64,000 nt of DNA from Planctomycetota bacterium (GCA_965223265.1 OZ244999.1:5728001-5792000); one strand, 5' to 3'. Positions 8,909 through 19,974 are shown, counted from the stretch's first letter. Numbers and translations are program-made. The notes: a model not told the origin generated them from the letters alone.

Positions 8909-10594
8909 TCAACGCTTCGCCGTCTGCGCTCGTCGCTCGCCGATGATGAACAGATGCTTCTCGCCGCGCAGGAGGATCTGGCCGTCCAAGATTGCGGCCG
9001 AGGCGAGCACGCTCTCGCCGACCGAGCTATGACTCACCTGCTCGAACTCGCGCCCGTAGCGGACGACGAACGTCTCGCCGTCTTCGTTGGTGATGTAGAT
9101 CAGGTCATCGCCAGCGACGAGCGACGAGGTGAAACGCCCGCTCAGACGCTGCTGGTATACCTTCTCGCCCGTCAATGCGTCGAGACAAGTGAGAATGCCC
9201 GTGTCGTTGACCAAGTAGAGAAGGTCCTTCCACAAGACAGGCGACGGCACGTGCGGGCCTCCTCGCGGCGAGCGCCACGCCACGCTCTCTGCTGAGATGT
9301 CGCCTTCGCCACCCGGACGGATTGCCAGCGTTGGACCGCTGCGGCCGCTCGTTGTGTAGACCATGCCGTGGCCGTAGACGAGCGTCGGCACGACTTCCCG
9401 CGTCGGGCCGGGACAGTGCCATAGCTCCTCGCCGGTCGCCGGATCGATGCCAAGCACAGTGAGCTTAGCCGCCCACAAGAGCTGCTCCTCGCCGCCGAAG
9501 CGCACGGCGATCGGCGTGCACCAACCCAGCGCCTTGTCGCGCTCGAACCGCCAACGCTCCTCGCCGCTGCGCTTGTCGATGGCACGACCAAGCGACGGAC
9601 CGCCGTTCTGTTCTTGGCACAGAATGACCAGATCTTGCCAAAGAATCGGCGACGCCGCTGTGCCGTGGCTGCCCTCGAACGGCGGCAGCTCGTACTGCCA
9701 GAGAAGCTGCTCACCATTCATATCATACGCCACGACACCGACGTTACCGAGAAAGAGGATCACTCTTTCACCGTCGGTCACCGGCGTTGCCGCGGCGTAT
9801 CCCGTCTTCTTTTGAATCTTCACTTGCGGCGGCGCTGGGGGCGCGTCGCGCACGAAAAGCACCTCGCTATCGCCACGGCGCAGACCGACGAGGGCGCGGC
9901 GGCGACCGTCTTCGAATGCGGCGGTCAGGTAGATCCGCTCGCCCCAGATGACAGGCGACGAGTTGCCGGCGCCTGGTAGTGCCACGCGCCGGACGTTCTC
10001 ATCAGGCGACCAACGCGTCGGTAGACCCGTCTCGTACGACGTGCCGTCAGCGCGCGGCCCGCGCCACTGCGGCCAGTAGCGCTCGGCCTCGGCCGTGACC
10101 AACACCGCTTCGATGGTGATCGGCTGATCCGAAGCGGTCTGCTGTGCCTTCACATCCACCGGCGCCGCGGGAGTCCGCTCCGGGACAGGGCGCGAACCGA
10201 TGGTGCGCTCCAGAAGTGCGAGAAACTGGGAGGAAATCTGCTGACGTCGCTCGTAGGCAGCAAGCAATTCGGGATCGCTCTGGATCGCATCAACCCCGCC
10301 GTGGGCGGCGGCAAAACGTGCCGGAGTGTCGGCGTTATCGAGGCGTTCATACTCGGTGAGTCGATCCCACATGTTGCGCATCGGCGCCAAGATCTCAGCG
10401 TACGAAGGATCGGCCAGGTCACGTGCAATCAGCGCCATCTCATCGCCGAGAGGATAAAGCTCATCGGCCTGCGCCGTCGGCGTGGCAGAGTCCGCTTTCG
10501 TCTCGACATCGGTCGGCGCGCCGCACCCCGCCGTGAAAAATAACACTGTCGCCATACAGCCAAGCCATTCGCAAGCTTGCCAAACGCGTTTCAC
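8909..10594 (-). CDS. PQQ-like (BamB-type) beta-propeller repeat lipoprotein
   Basis: WPQWRGP, GNSSPVIWG, ATPVTDG, ASPILW, PSPVLW repeats. GTG start at 10594 after GAGGAGGAG; lipobox TAG-C. Confidence 0.88.
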   Translation of the reverse strand: MKRVWQACEWLGCMATVLFFTAGCGAPTDVETKADSATPTAQADELYPLGDEMALIARDLADPSYAEILAPMRNMWDRLTEYERLDNADTPARFAAAHGGVDAIQSDPELLAAYERRQQISSQFLALLERTIGSRPVPERTPAAPVDVKAQQTASDQPITIEAVLVTAEAERYWPQWRGPRADGTSYETGLPTRWSPDENVRRVALPGAGNSSPVIWGERIYLTAAFEDGRRRALVGLRRGDSEVLFVRDAPPAPPQVKIQKKTGYAAATPVTDGERVILFLGNVGVVAYDMNGEQLLWQYELPPFEGSHGTAASPILWQDLVILCQEQNGGPSLGRAIDKRSGEERWRFERDKALGWCTPIAVRFGGEEQLLWAAKLTVLGIDPATGEELWHCPGPTREVVPTLVYGHGMVYTTSGRSGPTLAIRPGGEGDISAESVAWRSPRGGPHVPSPVLWKDLLYLVNDTGILTCLDALTGEKVYQQRLSGRFTSSLVAGDDLIYITNEDGETFVVRYGREFEQVSHSSVGESVLASAAILDGQILLRGEKHLFIIGERRAQTAKR

Positions 10595-10868
10595 GGTCTC
10601 CTCCTCGGGTTGAGGGCCAGCGAGCAAAGGTCGCACATCGACTGACGGTGTTGTATCCGGTCCCGACGCCGATGTCCAACCGGGCGGCAGAGCGCCGTGC
10701 CCAAAAACAAATGAGACCTGATGCGGCGAGGCGTCGACGCTCAAATGCATCGTGCTGGACTCTTTCGGGATGATCTGTGGCGGAGAGCATTTCGTCGGAG
10801 CTCGGCTCGCATCTGCTAGGGCCTACCCGCCACGACGCAACGCTCCACGCCGTAGATACCAGACTTGC

Positions 10869-12536
10869 CTACGATGTGGGCTTTTCAGATGAGTCGCTCA
10901 CGAGCATCGCCGCCCGCTTGCCCAGCAGGTCGCCTACTTCCTTTTCCTCGTCGATCACAGCACTAGCTCCGGCTGGTTCGAGAACCTCCGCGTGTCTGTG
11001 GTAGCGCGACCGTACGACCACAGGCACGTCCGACGCCTGACACCTAATCGCTCGCACCGCCTTCTCAGCGGTCCGAGGATCGGGCAGTGCCACGACAACA
11101 ACAGCGGCGGAGGCCACGTGCAGGTGTTCGAGGACCTCCGGGTGCGTTCCGTCGCCGACATGGGCGTCGAAACCGTCATCCCTGGCACTCGTCGCCAGGG
11201 CGGGGTTCAAATCGAGAACCGAGATCGGAAGAGAAGCGCCGCGAAGCACTCTCGCGCACATCCGCCCCGCAGGTCCGTATCCGACGAGCACCACGTGACG
11301 AGAGATCAGTTCTCGCTGACCCTCAGCGGTGGGAAGATTCACCCTCACGACTCCGAGCTTGGTGAGCGGCCGCAGGATTCCCGAAGCCAAACGTGGAGCC
11401 CAAGCAATCAGGTGCGGAGTGGCGCAGAGGGTCACCATCATGGTCGACACGATCACCATGAAGAGGTCGTGGTCTATGAGCGTTCTTCGCGAGGTCTCCG
11501 CGATAACGAAGGCGAACTCCCCGACCTGGGAGAGACAGAGTCCCGCAGCAAGCGATGACTGCGCGCTCTGTCGCAGGGTCCGAAGTGCGGCGAAGCAAAT
11601 GATCGCTTTCAGAGTCAGTACGCCGGCCGCCACCGCAAACGTAAGCCCGATGTGTTCGACGATCCACGCAGGGTCGGCAAGCATTCCGATCGAACTGAAA
11701 AACACTGTCACGAGAAGCGTACGCAACACCGAGAGGTCAGCCCGGACCTGCGTGGCGAAGGGTGATTCGCCAAGGAGCATACCCGCGATGAACGCTCCGA
11801 CGGCCGGGGACAGTCCGAGTTCGTGCGCCACGTAGATCGAAGCCAGGGCGCCTACGACTGCGAACAGAACCGGCAGCTCGCGATTTCTGAGGGAAGAGGT
11901 CGCAAGCAGTACGCGTGGGACGACGTGGTTGAAGGCCACGTAGAATCCAACGGTCGCCAGAATCAGCATCAGCCCCGTGCGGCCAATACTCCACATTGAC
12001 GCTGAGAGATTTGAGTCCGGAGCGCCGAGAAAGCCCGCGAGGAGCACGAGTGGGATCACTGCGAGGTCCTGGAGCAGGAGGATCCCGAGAGCGTGGCGTC
12101 CGTGCAGGCTGTCGATCTCCGCGCGAGCCATGAGTACCCGCAAGACACCCGCTGTACTGCTGAGCGCGAATGCGGCTCCAACGACCACCGCCGTTCGGAC
12201 GGGAAGTCCGGCCCAGGCGCCGACCACGGCGACAGCGATCAACGTCAACCCAACCTGTAGTGCTCCGCCGCCGAGCGCGGTCAAGCCAAGCGCCCGCAGG
12301 CGGCGCCACGAGAATTCCAATCCGAGCGAGAAGAGCAGCAAGCAGACTCCGACCTCTGCGAGACCTTCCACCTCCTGGCTCGTCGATACCACATCGAGTG
12401 CGTTCGGTCCGAGCAGCATGCCTGCAAGCAAGTAACCGAGAAGAGCACTCTGTCGAAGACGCTCGCACAGAGCGCCGAAAACGAACGCGACGCCAAGAAG
12501 GACCCCGATCTCGAATAGGATCGACCAAAAATCCAT
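10869..12536 (-). CDS. CPA2-family cation:proton antiporter (KefC/YbaL-like) with TrkA-N domain
   Basis: GYLLAGMLLGP, LSSTA, LLLQDL, GAFIAG, LSQVGEFAF and C-terminal VGYGPAG. Start placed at MDFWS. Confidence 0.92.
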   Translation of the reverse strand: MDFWSILFEIGVLLGVAFVFGALCERLRQSALLGYLLAGMLLGPNALDVVSTSQEVEGLAEVGVCLLLFSLGLEFSWRRLRALGLTALGGGALQVGLTLIAVAVVGAWAGLPVRTAVVVGAAFALSSTAGVLRVLMARAEIDSLHGRHALGILLLQDLAVIPLVLLAGFLGAPDSNLSASMWSIGRTGLMLILATVGFYVAFNHVVPRVLLATSSLRNRELPVLFAVVGALASIYVAHELGLSPAVGAFIAGMLLGESPFATQVRADLSVLRTLLVTVFFSSIGMLADPAWIVEHIGLTFAVAAGVLTLKAIICFAALRTLRQSAQSSLAAGLCLSQVGEFAFVIAETSRRTLIDHDLFMVIVSTMMVTLCATPHLIAWAPRLASGILRPLTKLGVVRVNLPTAEGQRELISRHVVLVGYGPAGRMCARVLRGASLPISVLDLNPALATSARDDGFDAHVGDGTHPEVLEHLHVASAAVVVVALPDPRTAEKAVRAIRCQASDVPVVVRSRYHRHAEVLEPAGASAVIDEEKEVGDLLGKRAAMLVSDSSEKPTS

Positions 12537-12908
12537 CAAGGAAGCTGCCTCGCTTTCATGGTGCGCTGTCCGCCATCCTATCGAAGGGAAAACCACTTGC
12601 GAGCGGCGCAGACAATCCGTTCCGGTCTCACAACGTCCCCCTCAAGTGGGCGGGTCGCCACTGAAATGTCACGCTAACGTGTGGGGCGAGAAATCGGATG
12701 CTGCCCGGACAAAGACTCGTCCAAGCAAAAGGCTCCCCGCGCGCGTGCGCATTTTAGCCAAGCGAGCCGCGGAAGTAGCCAGTACTCCTCGCGATCCTGC
12801 CAAGTGGTCGATCCCGTGCAGATAGAGTATCCTGCTCAGAGCTTCGTTGGGTGAGCCATTTCTCGAAATCCCACTCTCTGAATCGCAACTGCCCTAGGAC
12901 GTTCACGT

Positions 12909-13898
12909 TTGTCTGCTGATCGACAGTCTGGCAGTGACCCGAGCGGCCTTTGGGCTCTCGCGTGTTACTTCAACCCGCTCGAGCACCGACAGCGACTCGC
13001 CAACTACCACGCGTTTCGTCGCCGATTGAACGTGCCTCTGATCACGGTGGAGCTCGCCTACGGCGACAGCTACGAACTTGGCGCGGATGACGCAGAGATT
13101 CTGATCCAACGGCGCGGCCGCGACGTGCTTTGGCAGAAGGAACGCTTACTCAATATCGGTTTGCAAGCTCTGCCCCGAGAGTGCGACAAGATCGCTTGGC
13201 TCGATTGTGACGTGGTCTTCCGAACCACCGACTGGCGGGAGCGAGCCTGCGAACTCTTGCGTGACTTCGCCGCGATCCAGTTGTTCGACACCGCATACTT
13301 TCTTTCTCCGGGAATGACGCCGCGGCCACCATCTCAGGTCTCCTCAGGCTACTCGCAACCGGCGATCGCGCGCTGGCTCGTCCTGCAAGACCGCCGCGTA
13401 CGGCATCGCGAAGCGCCCAGGCGGCAGGCCTGGGGACTCGGATGGGCAGCGCGGCGAGACGTGCTCGACCGTCACGGGTTCTACGACACCTGTATCATCG
13501 GTGGCGGCGACGCGGCGATGGCCTATGCGTTTCGCGGTTGTCTGCAGGGTGCTGTCGACGCACTGCGAATGAACGACCGGCAAACCGCCCACTACTTGGC
13601 CTGGGCAGAACCAGTATCCCAAGACATGCGCGGGCAGGTCAGTTGGCTTGACATCGAGATCGAGCATCTTTGGCACGGCGATCACGAACGTCGCGCGTAC
13701 CGCAGTCGTCACCGCAGCTTTCGACGATTCGGCTTTGATCCGTACCAAGACGTTGCGCGGGATGGGAGCGACTGCTGGTGCTGGAACACCAAAAAACACG
13801 ATATGCACGAATGGGTCCTGCGTTACTTCGCCTCCCGACAGGCGAGTGACGAGTCGAAAGACCTTTCACCCACCCGCGATCCTCGGCCGCGACGATGA
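12909..13898 (+). CDS. Putative GT-A fold glycosyltransferase-like protein
   Basis: WQKERLLNIG, WLDCD (DxD), GGGD and HLWH motifs. Start uncertain. Confidence 0.6.
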   Translation: MSADRQSGSDPSGLWALACYFNPLEHRQRLANYHAFRRRLNVPLITVELAYGDSYELGADDAEILIQRRGRDVLWQKERLLNIGLQALPRECDKIAWLDCDVVFRTTDWRERACELLRDFAAIQLFDTAYFLSPGMTPRPPSQVSSGYSQPAIARWLVLQDRRVRHREAPRRQAWGLGWAARRDVLDRHGFYDTCIIGGGDAAMAYAFRGCLQGAVDALRMNDRQTAHYLAWAEPVSQDMRGQVSWLDIEIEHLWHGDHERRAYRSRHRSFRRFGFDPYQDVARDGSDCWCWNTKKHDMHEWVLRYFASRQASDESKDLSPTRDPRPRR

Positions 13899-14150
13899 CC
13901 CCAACGCCTGCAAGAATGGCGAAGCGCGCGTCGGTCGGAGCCATGCTCCGATAAACTCAGCCGCGCACCGCGCGTTGCCGGGTGAAACGTTGATAATGTG
14001 GCCTTACGAACCACTTATTGTTAGCGGTTCACCTCCGAAATCGGATAGAGTCTACCGCTTCAATGATCCGGGGGACGCAGTTGAAAACGTTCGCATCCCG
14101 AATCGCAAGCACGACGGCGGAGAGGCCGGAGATCTGAGATAGAGACACAC

Positions 14151-15611
14151 TTGACTGACTTCCGTGATCTCGGGCTGTCGAAGGATGTCCTTCGCGCCGT
14201 TCATAAAGAAGGCTACGAGCTAGCGACTCCGATCCAGATCCAAGCCATCCCCGAGGCTCTCGCGGGCCGGGATCTCATGGGAAATGCGCAAACTGGTACG
14301 GGAAAGACCGCGGCCTTCGCGATGCCCGTGCTCGAGCGACTGAGAGCGGGCGGCAGCCCACCTCGGGGCCAGCCGCGGGGCCGCCACCGGGAATTTACAC
14401 CGCCGAGGCGCATTCGAGCTCTCGTCTTGGCGCCGACCCGCGAGTTAGCGGCACAGATCGGCGCAAGCTTTAGCGCCTACGGCCGCTTCACCGGATTACG
14501 AAACACTGTCATCTTTGGTGGGGTCGGACAGGGACCGCAGGTACAAGCCATCAAACGCGGCATCGACATCCTCGTCGCCACCCCAGGCCGGCTCGAGGAT
14601 CTGATGGGTCAACGCGTCGTCAGTCTTCGAGACGTCGAAATCCTGATTCTCGACGAGGCTGACCATATGCTCGACATCGGCTTCATCCACGCGCTACGAC
14701 GCATCGTGAAAACAGTCCCAGCGTCGCGACAGACGCTCATGTTCTCCGCAACAATGCCGAACGAAATCCGTCGCTTGGCGAAGGAGTGGCTGAACGACCC
14801 AGTGCACGTTCAGGTAGATCCAGTTTCGACTCCTGCAGAAGATGTGGAGCAGTCCGTCTATTACGTCGAAAAGAAACAGAAACCCAGACTGCTCGCCGCG
14901 TTGTTGAAAGAACTGCCGCGGCATCGATCACTGGTTTTCACACGCACCAAGTACGGTGCTGACAAAGTGGTCAAGCTGCTGAAACGTGAGGGACTCGAGG
15001 CGGCGGCGATCCATGGGAACAAGAGTCAAGGGCACCGTCAGCGAGTGCTCGCACAGTTCAAATCGCATCGAATCACGGTCCTCGTCGCCACCGACATTGC
15101 AGCGCGGGGACTCGACATCGACGGTATCACGCACGTGTTCAATGTCGATCTGCCGGAGGTTGCCGAGGTGTACGTGCACCGCATCGGCCGAACGGGAAGA
15201 GCAGGTGCGACAGGAATTGCGATCTCGTTCTGCGCGCGCGAGGAGGTGTCACTCCTTCGCGCCATTACAAGGCTGACAAAAAGAGAGATTCGCAGGGAAG
15301 AGACACCAACACAACTCCAGTCGCAAGAGGCACCACCGGCGCGGGTCGGCACAGCTCGCGCGGCAAGGGCAAATCAGCCTCGCCAACGGGGCGAGAAAGA
15401 GAACGGAAGAACGCCGCGACGAGGCCGCCAGCATCACTCGAAAGATGGTGCCGACAGCAAATCAAGCGAAACTCGTGGGGAGAACACGCGGAACGAAAGG
15501 CAGAGCGAAAGGCGACGGCCGAAAGCAGCAGCTAAGGCGCGGCGACGACGGCGGTCTCGGAGAACGGCGCCTCCCAGGCGCCGACAGAACGACTCGCAGA
15601 GGAGTGAATAG
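14151..15611 (+). CDS. rhlE: DEAD-box RNA helicase (RhlE-like) with basic C-terminal tail
   Basis: Q motif [45 protein letters not shown]. Confidence 0.92.
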   Translation: MTDFRDLGLSKDVLRAVHKEGYELATPIQIQAIPEALAGRDLMGNAQTGTGKTAAFAMPVLERLRAGGSPPRGQPRGRHREFTPPRRIRALVLAPTRELAAQIGASFSAYGRFTGLRNTVIFGGVGQGPQVQAIKRGIDILVATPGRLEDLMGQRVVSLRDVEILILDEADHMLDIGFIHALRRIVKTVPASRQTLMFSATMPNEIRRLAKEWLNDPVHVQVDPVSTPAEDVEQSVYYVEKKQKPRLLAALLKELPRHRSLVFTRTKYGADKVVKLLKREGLEAAAIHGNKSQGHRQRVLAQFKSHRITVLVATDIAARGLDIDGITHVFNVDLPEVAEVYVHRIGRTGRAGATGIAISFCAREEVSLLRAITRLTKREIRREETPTQLQSQEAPPARVGTARAARANQPRQRGEKENGRTPRRGRQHHSKDGADSKSSETRGENTRNERQSERRRPKAAAKARRRRRSRRTAPPRRRQNDSQRSE

Positions 15612-15879
15612 AGAGAACGAGAGAAAACGAAGTGAGGAGATCGAACATCGGTGCGGCGAGAGCCCGGAAGAGATATCACGCGCCAAGCCGGTGACGGCGA
15701 CCAAACGTCGCGACCGAAGTTGAGACGATTTGGTGCCACGAAGCCAAAAACTCAGCCGAAAAATTATAGCAGGCGGGTTGGATAGGCCGACTCAAAGGTC
15801 GGAAGGCGAGGCGCGTGGAGCTGCGACGATGACGGTCGTACGCACACGCCTCGAAGAGCTTGCAAGGATCGAAGGAAAA

Positions 15880-16881
15880 ATGGACGCACAAACGAACCGC
15901 ACGAGAGACGACAAAGACGTCATCCTCGAAACAAAGGCGTACGCCCAGGAACGTCCTTGGTTGAGTTGGTGGCACCTCGCGTCGACGCTCGCTATCTTCT
16001 GTTTTCTCGCGGCGTTGACGGTCGTCGTCGATTCCACCGCGATCAAACTCGCGGCGAGCTTCCTGCTTGGGCTCGTCATGGTGCGCATCTTCATTCTCTA
16101 CCATGACGCCGAGCACGGGACGATCTTTCGTGGCTCCCGTCTGGCACGCTCGATCATGTACGTCTATGGCCTGTTCGTCCTCAATCCACCGAACATCTGG
16201 CGCCGCTCGCACGACCATCATCACAGAAACAACGCCAAGATCTTTGGTGCCAGCATTGGCTCCTACCCAGTCATGACACGGGAGAACTACGAAAAAGCTT
16301 CCCGCCGCACGCGCCTTGCTTACTCGATCTCAAGACACCCGCTGACGATCGCGTTAGGCTATTTAACGATCTTCTTCTGGGGTATGTGCTTACGATCATT
16401 CCTCGTCAACCCGAAAGCACACTGGGACTCGGCCTTGTCGATCGTGCTTCACGTCAGCCTCGTCATCACGCTTCTGTTCATTAGCCCAGGTGTCGTGCCA
16501 TTTCTCGTCATCATTCCAATGGTAGTCGCGTCGGCAATGGGGGCTTACCTGTTCTATGCTCAGCACAACTTTCCAGCTGTGAAGCTCCGCGATCGAGAAA
16601 ACTGGGACTACTACTTCGCCGCGCTTCACTCCTCGAGCTTCATCCGCATGGGCGCCCTGCTTAACTGGTTCACCGGCAATATCGGGTACCACCACGTCCA
16701 CCATCTCAACGCGAAGATCCCGTTCTATCGATTGCCGGAAGCCATGAAGGGGATCAAAGAACTCCAGTCTCCAGGTGAGACATCGCTCGGCATACTCGAC
16801 GTGTGGCGCTGCTGCCGGCTCAAACTTTGGGATGCGAAGGCCGACCGCATGATCTCGTTTCGCGAGTTGGCTCGCCCCTGA
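15880..16881 (+). CDS. Membrane fatty acid desaturase (Des-like)
   Basis: His boxes HDAEH, HDHHH and HHVHH; IPFYRL. ATG at 15880 after GAAGGA. Confidence 0.9.
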   Translation: MDAQTNRTRDDKDVILETKAYAQERPWLSWWHLASTLAIFCFLAALTVVVDSTAIKLAASFLLGLVMVRIFILYHDAEHGTIFRGSRLARSIMYVYGLFVLNPPNIWRRSHDHHHRNNAKIFGASIGSYPVMTRENYEKASRRTRLAYSISRHPLTIALGYLTIFFWGMCLRSFLVNPKAHWDSALSIVLHVSLVITLLFISPGVVPFLVIIPMVVASAMGAYLFYAQHNFPAVKLRDRENWDYYFAALHSSSFIRMGALLNWFTGNIGYHHVHHLNAKIPFYRLPEAMKGIKELQSPGETSLGILDVWRCCRLKLWDAKADRMISFRELARP

Positions 16882-17175
16882 GCCTCACAAACCAAAACGA
16901 TCGCGTCGGTCGAGCGACGACTCGCCGACCTCGCGGACGTTCGCGTCGCTATCGACTGCTTGAGTAGCCACGAGCTGAAGACCGCCCCCTATGATGGCGC
17001 CCAATACCTTCGGCGACTTGGGCTCGACGCGAAGACACCGGCAGCTGCGCCGTCAAATTCGACGCCGAGCTCAAGAGCACCGGCGTCGCAAATCTCCGCC
17101 GTCCAGCGCGGTCGACCCAATGAGAGCGTAGCGGGGAGTCGCCGCGCCGGCCGTCTTGCACCGCGATTCGATGGC

Positions 17176-17365
17176 GCGCGATTGCGTGGGGGTGGATCCT
17201 CGAGCGCCTGCCGCTTCTCTGCCTGATCTTCGTCTGCTTCGTTTGCTTCGTTCGCTTCTGTTCAAGATTCAAGAGATCAGAACAAGAGTTGAACGAAAGG
17301 AGCCCAAAGGAGCAGGCAATGCCGTGTGTCGTCCGGACGGCACGTAGGAGCGTGCGTGCTACTTT
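17176..17365. repeat. Dispersed ~190-bp intergenic element, copy 2
   Basis: Same orientation as and near-identical to 8604-8796, with extra internal (gcttcgtt)-like units. Confidence 0.85.
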
Positions 17366-17392
17366 GAAGATCGGCGGCGATACGTGTCTATA

Positions 17393-18256
17393 GTAGCAGG
17401 CACACGCCGCTTCAAGGCCGTGGGCGTGGCCGTGGGCGTGGGCGTGGGCGTGGGCGTGGGCGTGGGCGTGGGCGCCTCTTCAACGTAGCAGGCACACGCC
17501 GTGTGCCGTTCTGGAGGTGACCGCCGACTGTGACTGTGACCGCGAGTCGTCATCGCTCGTTCTCAAGAACTCCCAGCCTCTCCGTGTGCCGTCCGGCCTT
17601 GTCGACGTGAGCGTGGGCGTGGGCGTGGGCGTGGGCGTGGGCGTGGGCGTGGGCGTGGGCGTGGGCGTGGGCGTGGGCGTGGGCGTGGGCGTGGGCGCCT
17701 CTTCAACGTAGCAGGCACACGCCGTGTGCCGTTCTGGAGGTGACCGCCGACTGTGACTGTGACCGCGAGTCGTCATCGCTCGTTCTCAAGAACTCCCAGC
17801 CTCTCCGTGTGCCGTCCGGCCTTGTCGACGTGAGCGTTTGCGTGGGCGTGGGCGTGGGCGTGGGCGTGGGCGTGGGCGTGGGCGTTTGCGTGGGCGAGTG
17901 CATGGGCGTGGGCGTGGGCGAGTGCGAGTGCGTGGGCGAGTGCGTTTGCGTGGGCGTTTGCGTGGGCGTTTGCGTTTGCGTTTGCGTTTGCGTTTGCGTT
18001 TGCGTTTGCGTGGGCGTGGGCGTGGCCGTGGCCGTGGGCGAGGGCGAGGGCGAGGGCGAGGGCGAGGGCGTGGGCGTGGGCGTGGGCGCCTCTTCAACGT
18101 AGCAGGCACACGCCGTGTGCCGTTCTGGAGGTGACCGCCGACTGTGACTGTGACCGCGCGTCGTCATCGCTCGTTCTCAAGAACTCCCAGCCTCTCCGTG
18201 TGCCGTCCGGCCTTGTCGACGTGAGCGTGGGCGTGGGCGTGGGCGTGGGCGTGGGA
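17393..18256. repeat. Composite tandem array: three 139-bp REP-containing modules separated by hexamer tracts
   Basis: Modules at 17474-17612, 17697-17835 and 18088-18226 (one substitution in the third), each with GTAG + GGCACAC-GCC-GTGTGCC hairpin. Tracts are (GTGGGC)-like hexamers. Confidence 0.95.
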
Positions 18257-18344
18257 ATATTCTGGTTCTGAATCTGTATCTGAATCTCCGCCTCCGCCTC
18301 TGCCTCCCTCTTGCGCCACCCGCTCCCAAGCACAATCTTTTCAC

Positions 18345-18386
18345 TTGAAATTTAGTTAATCTACAGATAATTTGTAGATTAACTAA
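18345..18386 (+). promoter_or_regulatory. Putative promoter and MarR operator (perfect 14-bp inverted repeat)
   Basis: TTAGTTAATCTACA-N7-TGTAGATTAACTAA (18352-18386) overlaps the marR ATG; TTGAAA (18345) lies 17 nt before TAATTT (18368). AT-rich island in GC-rich DNA. Confidence 0.8.
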
Positions 18387-18853
18387 TGAAAAGCAACAAG
18401 CCTCAAAGACACACCGCCTATCAAACTCTCGTCACCCTCGTCCGTCTCGGCGGGCTCCTTCGCAAAGCCGGAGACCGGTTCTTCTCCGGCTACGGGCTGA
18501 CGTGGACGCAGTTCTGCGTCCTCATGGCTCTCAAGTACGAACTGCCGCGCGGCGGCACTCAGAACGAGCTTTGCGGCGCGCTGCTCGTCAAACCAGCCAA
18601 CATGACCGGGATCGTGCGACGAATGGAAGCCATAGGGCTTGTGACTCGCGAAGTTGATGCGGAGGACGAGCGCGTGTGGATCGTGAACATGACGACTCAA
18701 GGTCGCCGAACTCTCCAACAGATCGAATCAGCCTACTACCGCGATGCCGAACGCATCATGGGAGCCCGGTCAGAAACCGAGCTCAAGCGACTGTCGCTAC
18801 AGCTCGAACAAACCCAAGCTGCCGTGTTGGCGCAGACCGATCAGACCGTCTGA
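18386..18853 (+). CDS. MarR-family transcriptional regulator
   Basis: GLTWTQFCVL, TQNEL...PANMTGIVRRMEAIGLVTR...DER winged helix; 155 aa. Confidence 0.92.
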   Translation: MKSNKPQRHTAYQTLVTLVRLGGLLRKAGDRFFSGYGLTWTQFCVLMALKYELPRGGTQNELCGALLVKPANMTGIVRRMEAIGLVTREVDAEDERVWIVNMTTQGRRTLQQIESAYYRDAERIMGARSETELKRLSLQLEQTQAAVLAQTDQTV

Positions 18854-18907
18854 GACCCGCTGGATGCGCACTTCGAGGCGCCCCGGTGTCTGAGAGGAGC
18901 AGAAGCT

Positions 18908-19963
18908 ATGGTCAGGCTAAAGAATTTCTGGTACATCGCCGCACCGTCTGTCGAGCTCAAGCGTCGCCCGATTCGGCGCGTCGTCGAGGGCGAAACCGTG
19001 GCACTGTTTCGTGACACGCTGGGCAAATGTCACGCGCTGCGCGATCGCTGTGTGCATCGAGGTATGGCCCTTTCAGCAGGCCGGGTGGTTGGCAGCTGCA
19101 TCCAGTGCCCATATCACGGCTGGCAGTATGACAGCGACGGGCACATTCGCTCCGTGCCGGCTCTTTGCGACACTGAGGACCTTCCAACGGCGAGAACACG
19201 CTCGTTTCCGGTTCGCGAACAAGACGACCACATCTGGGTCTGGATCGGCGATGAAGAGCCGACCACACAACCCTTTCACTTTCCTCGCTACGGAGAGCAC
19301 GGCTGGTCCACCTTCTTCATGCAGACTCGTTTCAATGCGCCAGTCGAGCTGTGTCTCGAGAATTTCCTCGACGTACCGCACACACTCTTCGTCCACCCAG
19401 GCCTGTTCCGCAAAGACGAACTGAGGAACACCCGTGCCCAAGTGCGGACCTACAAAAACGGCGTCGAAGCGGAGTTCATGAATGAAGCGCCGCTGGAAGG
19501 CATTGGCCCACGGCTACTTTTTCCGCGCGGTACGAAGATGGAGCACACCGATCGCTTCATTCTGCCTTCGATCTCACGCGTAGACTATCGCTTCGGTGAT
19601 GCCTATCAGTTCATCATTTCGTCACAGTGCACACAGCGTGACGACGACGTCGTAGATGTCGTCACGGCGATCACCTGGCGACTCCCTCTGCCTGCAATTG
19701 CCGTTGGCCCATTCCTGCGCTGGTACTGCCGGCGTGTGATTCAGCAGGACGTCGAGACTCTGGAGATTCAAGGCGAGCAGTTGAGACGCTTCGGTCGCTG
19801 CGATCTTCACACCTCCGCCGACCTTCTTGGCCGGCAAATCTGCGAACTCCGACGCCAGGCGATAGAGGGATTGAACCAGCGAGTGGATGTCGACAACTCT
19901 GCGAGTGACGAGCGCCGAGCGCCGACACGCGAGTTCTGCAGAGAGATCGAACTTCGAATATAG
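18908..19963 (+). CDS. Rieske non-heme iron oxygenase (VanA/KshA-like)
   Basis: DRCVHRG...CPYHGW cluster ligands; ENFLDVPHTLFVH mononuclear Fe motif; QQD; GAGGAG RBS. Confidence 0.92.
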   Translation: MVRLKNFWYIAAPSVELKRRPIRRVVEGETVALFRDTLGKCHALRDRCVHRGMALSAGRVVGSCIQCPYHGWQYDSDGHIRSVPALCDTEDLPTARTRSFPVREQDDHIWVWIGDEEPTTQPFHFPRYGEHGWSTFFMQTRFNAPVELCLENFLDVPHTLFVHPGLFRKDELRNTRAQVRTYKNGVEAEFMNEAPLEGIGPRLLFPRGTKMEHTDRFILPSISRVDYRFGDAYQFIISSQCTQRDDDVVDVVTAITWRLPLPAIAVGPFLRWYCRRVIQQDVETLEIQGEQLRRFGRCDLHTSADLLGRQICELRRQAIEGLNQRVDVDNSASDERRAPTREFCREIELRI

Positions 19964-19974
19964 CAAAACGAGGC

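Noticed and set aside
17474-18226. CRISPR array
   Set aside because: Repeats are 139 bp, the 'spacers' are microsatellites of unequal length, and no cas genes are present.
17359-18333. ORFs encoding PT/GV/RG dipeptide repeats
   Set aside because: They are by-products of stop-free hexamer tracts in several frames, with no RBS or domain content.
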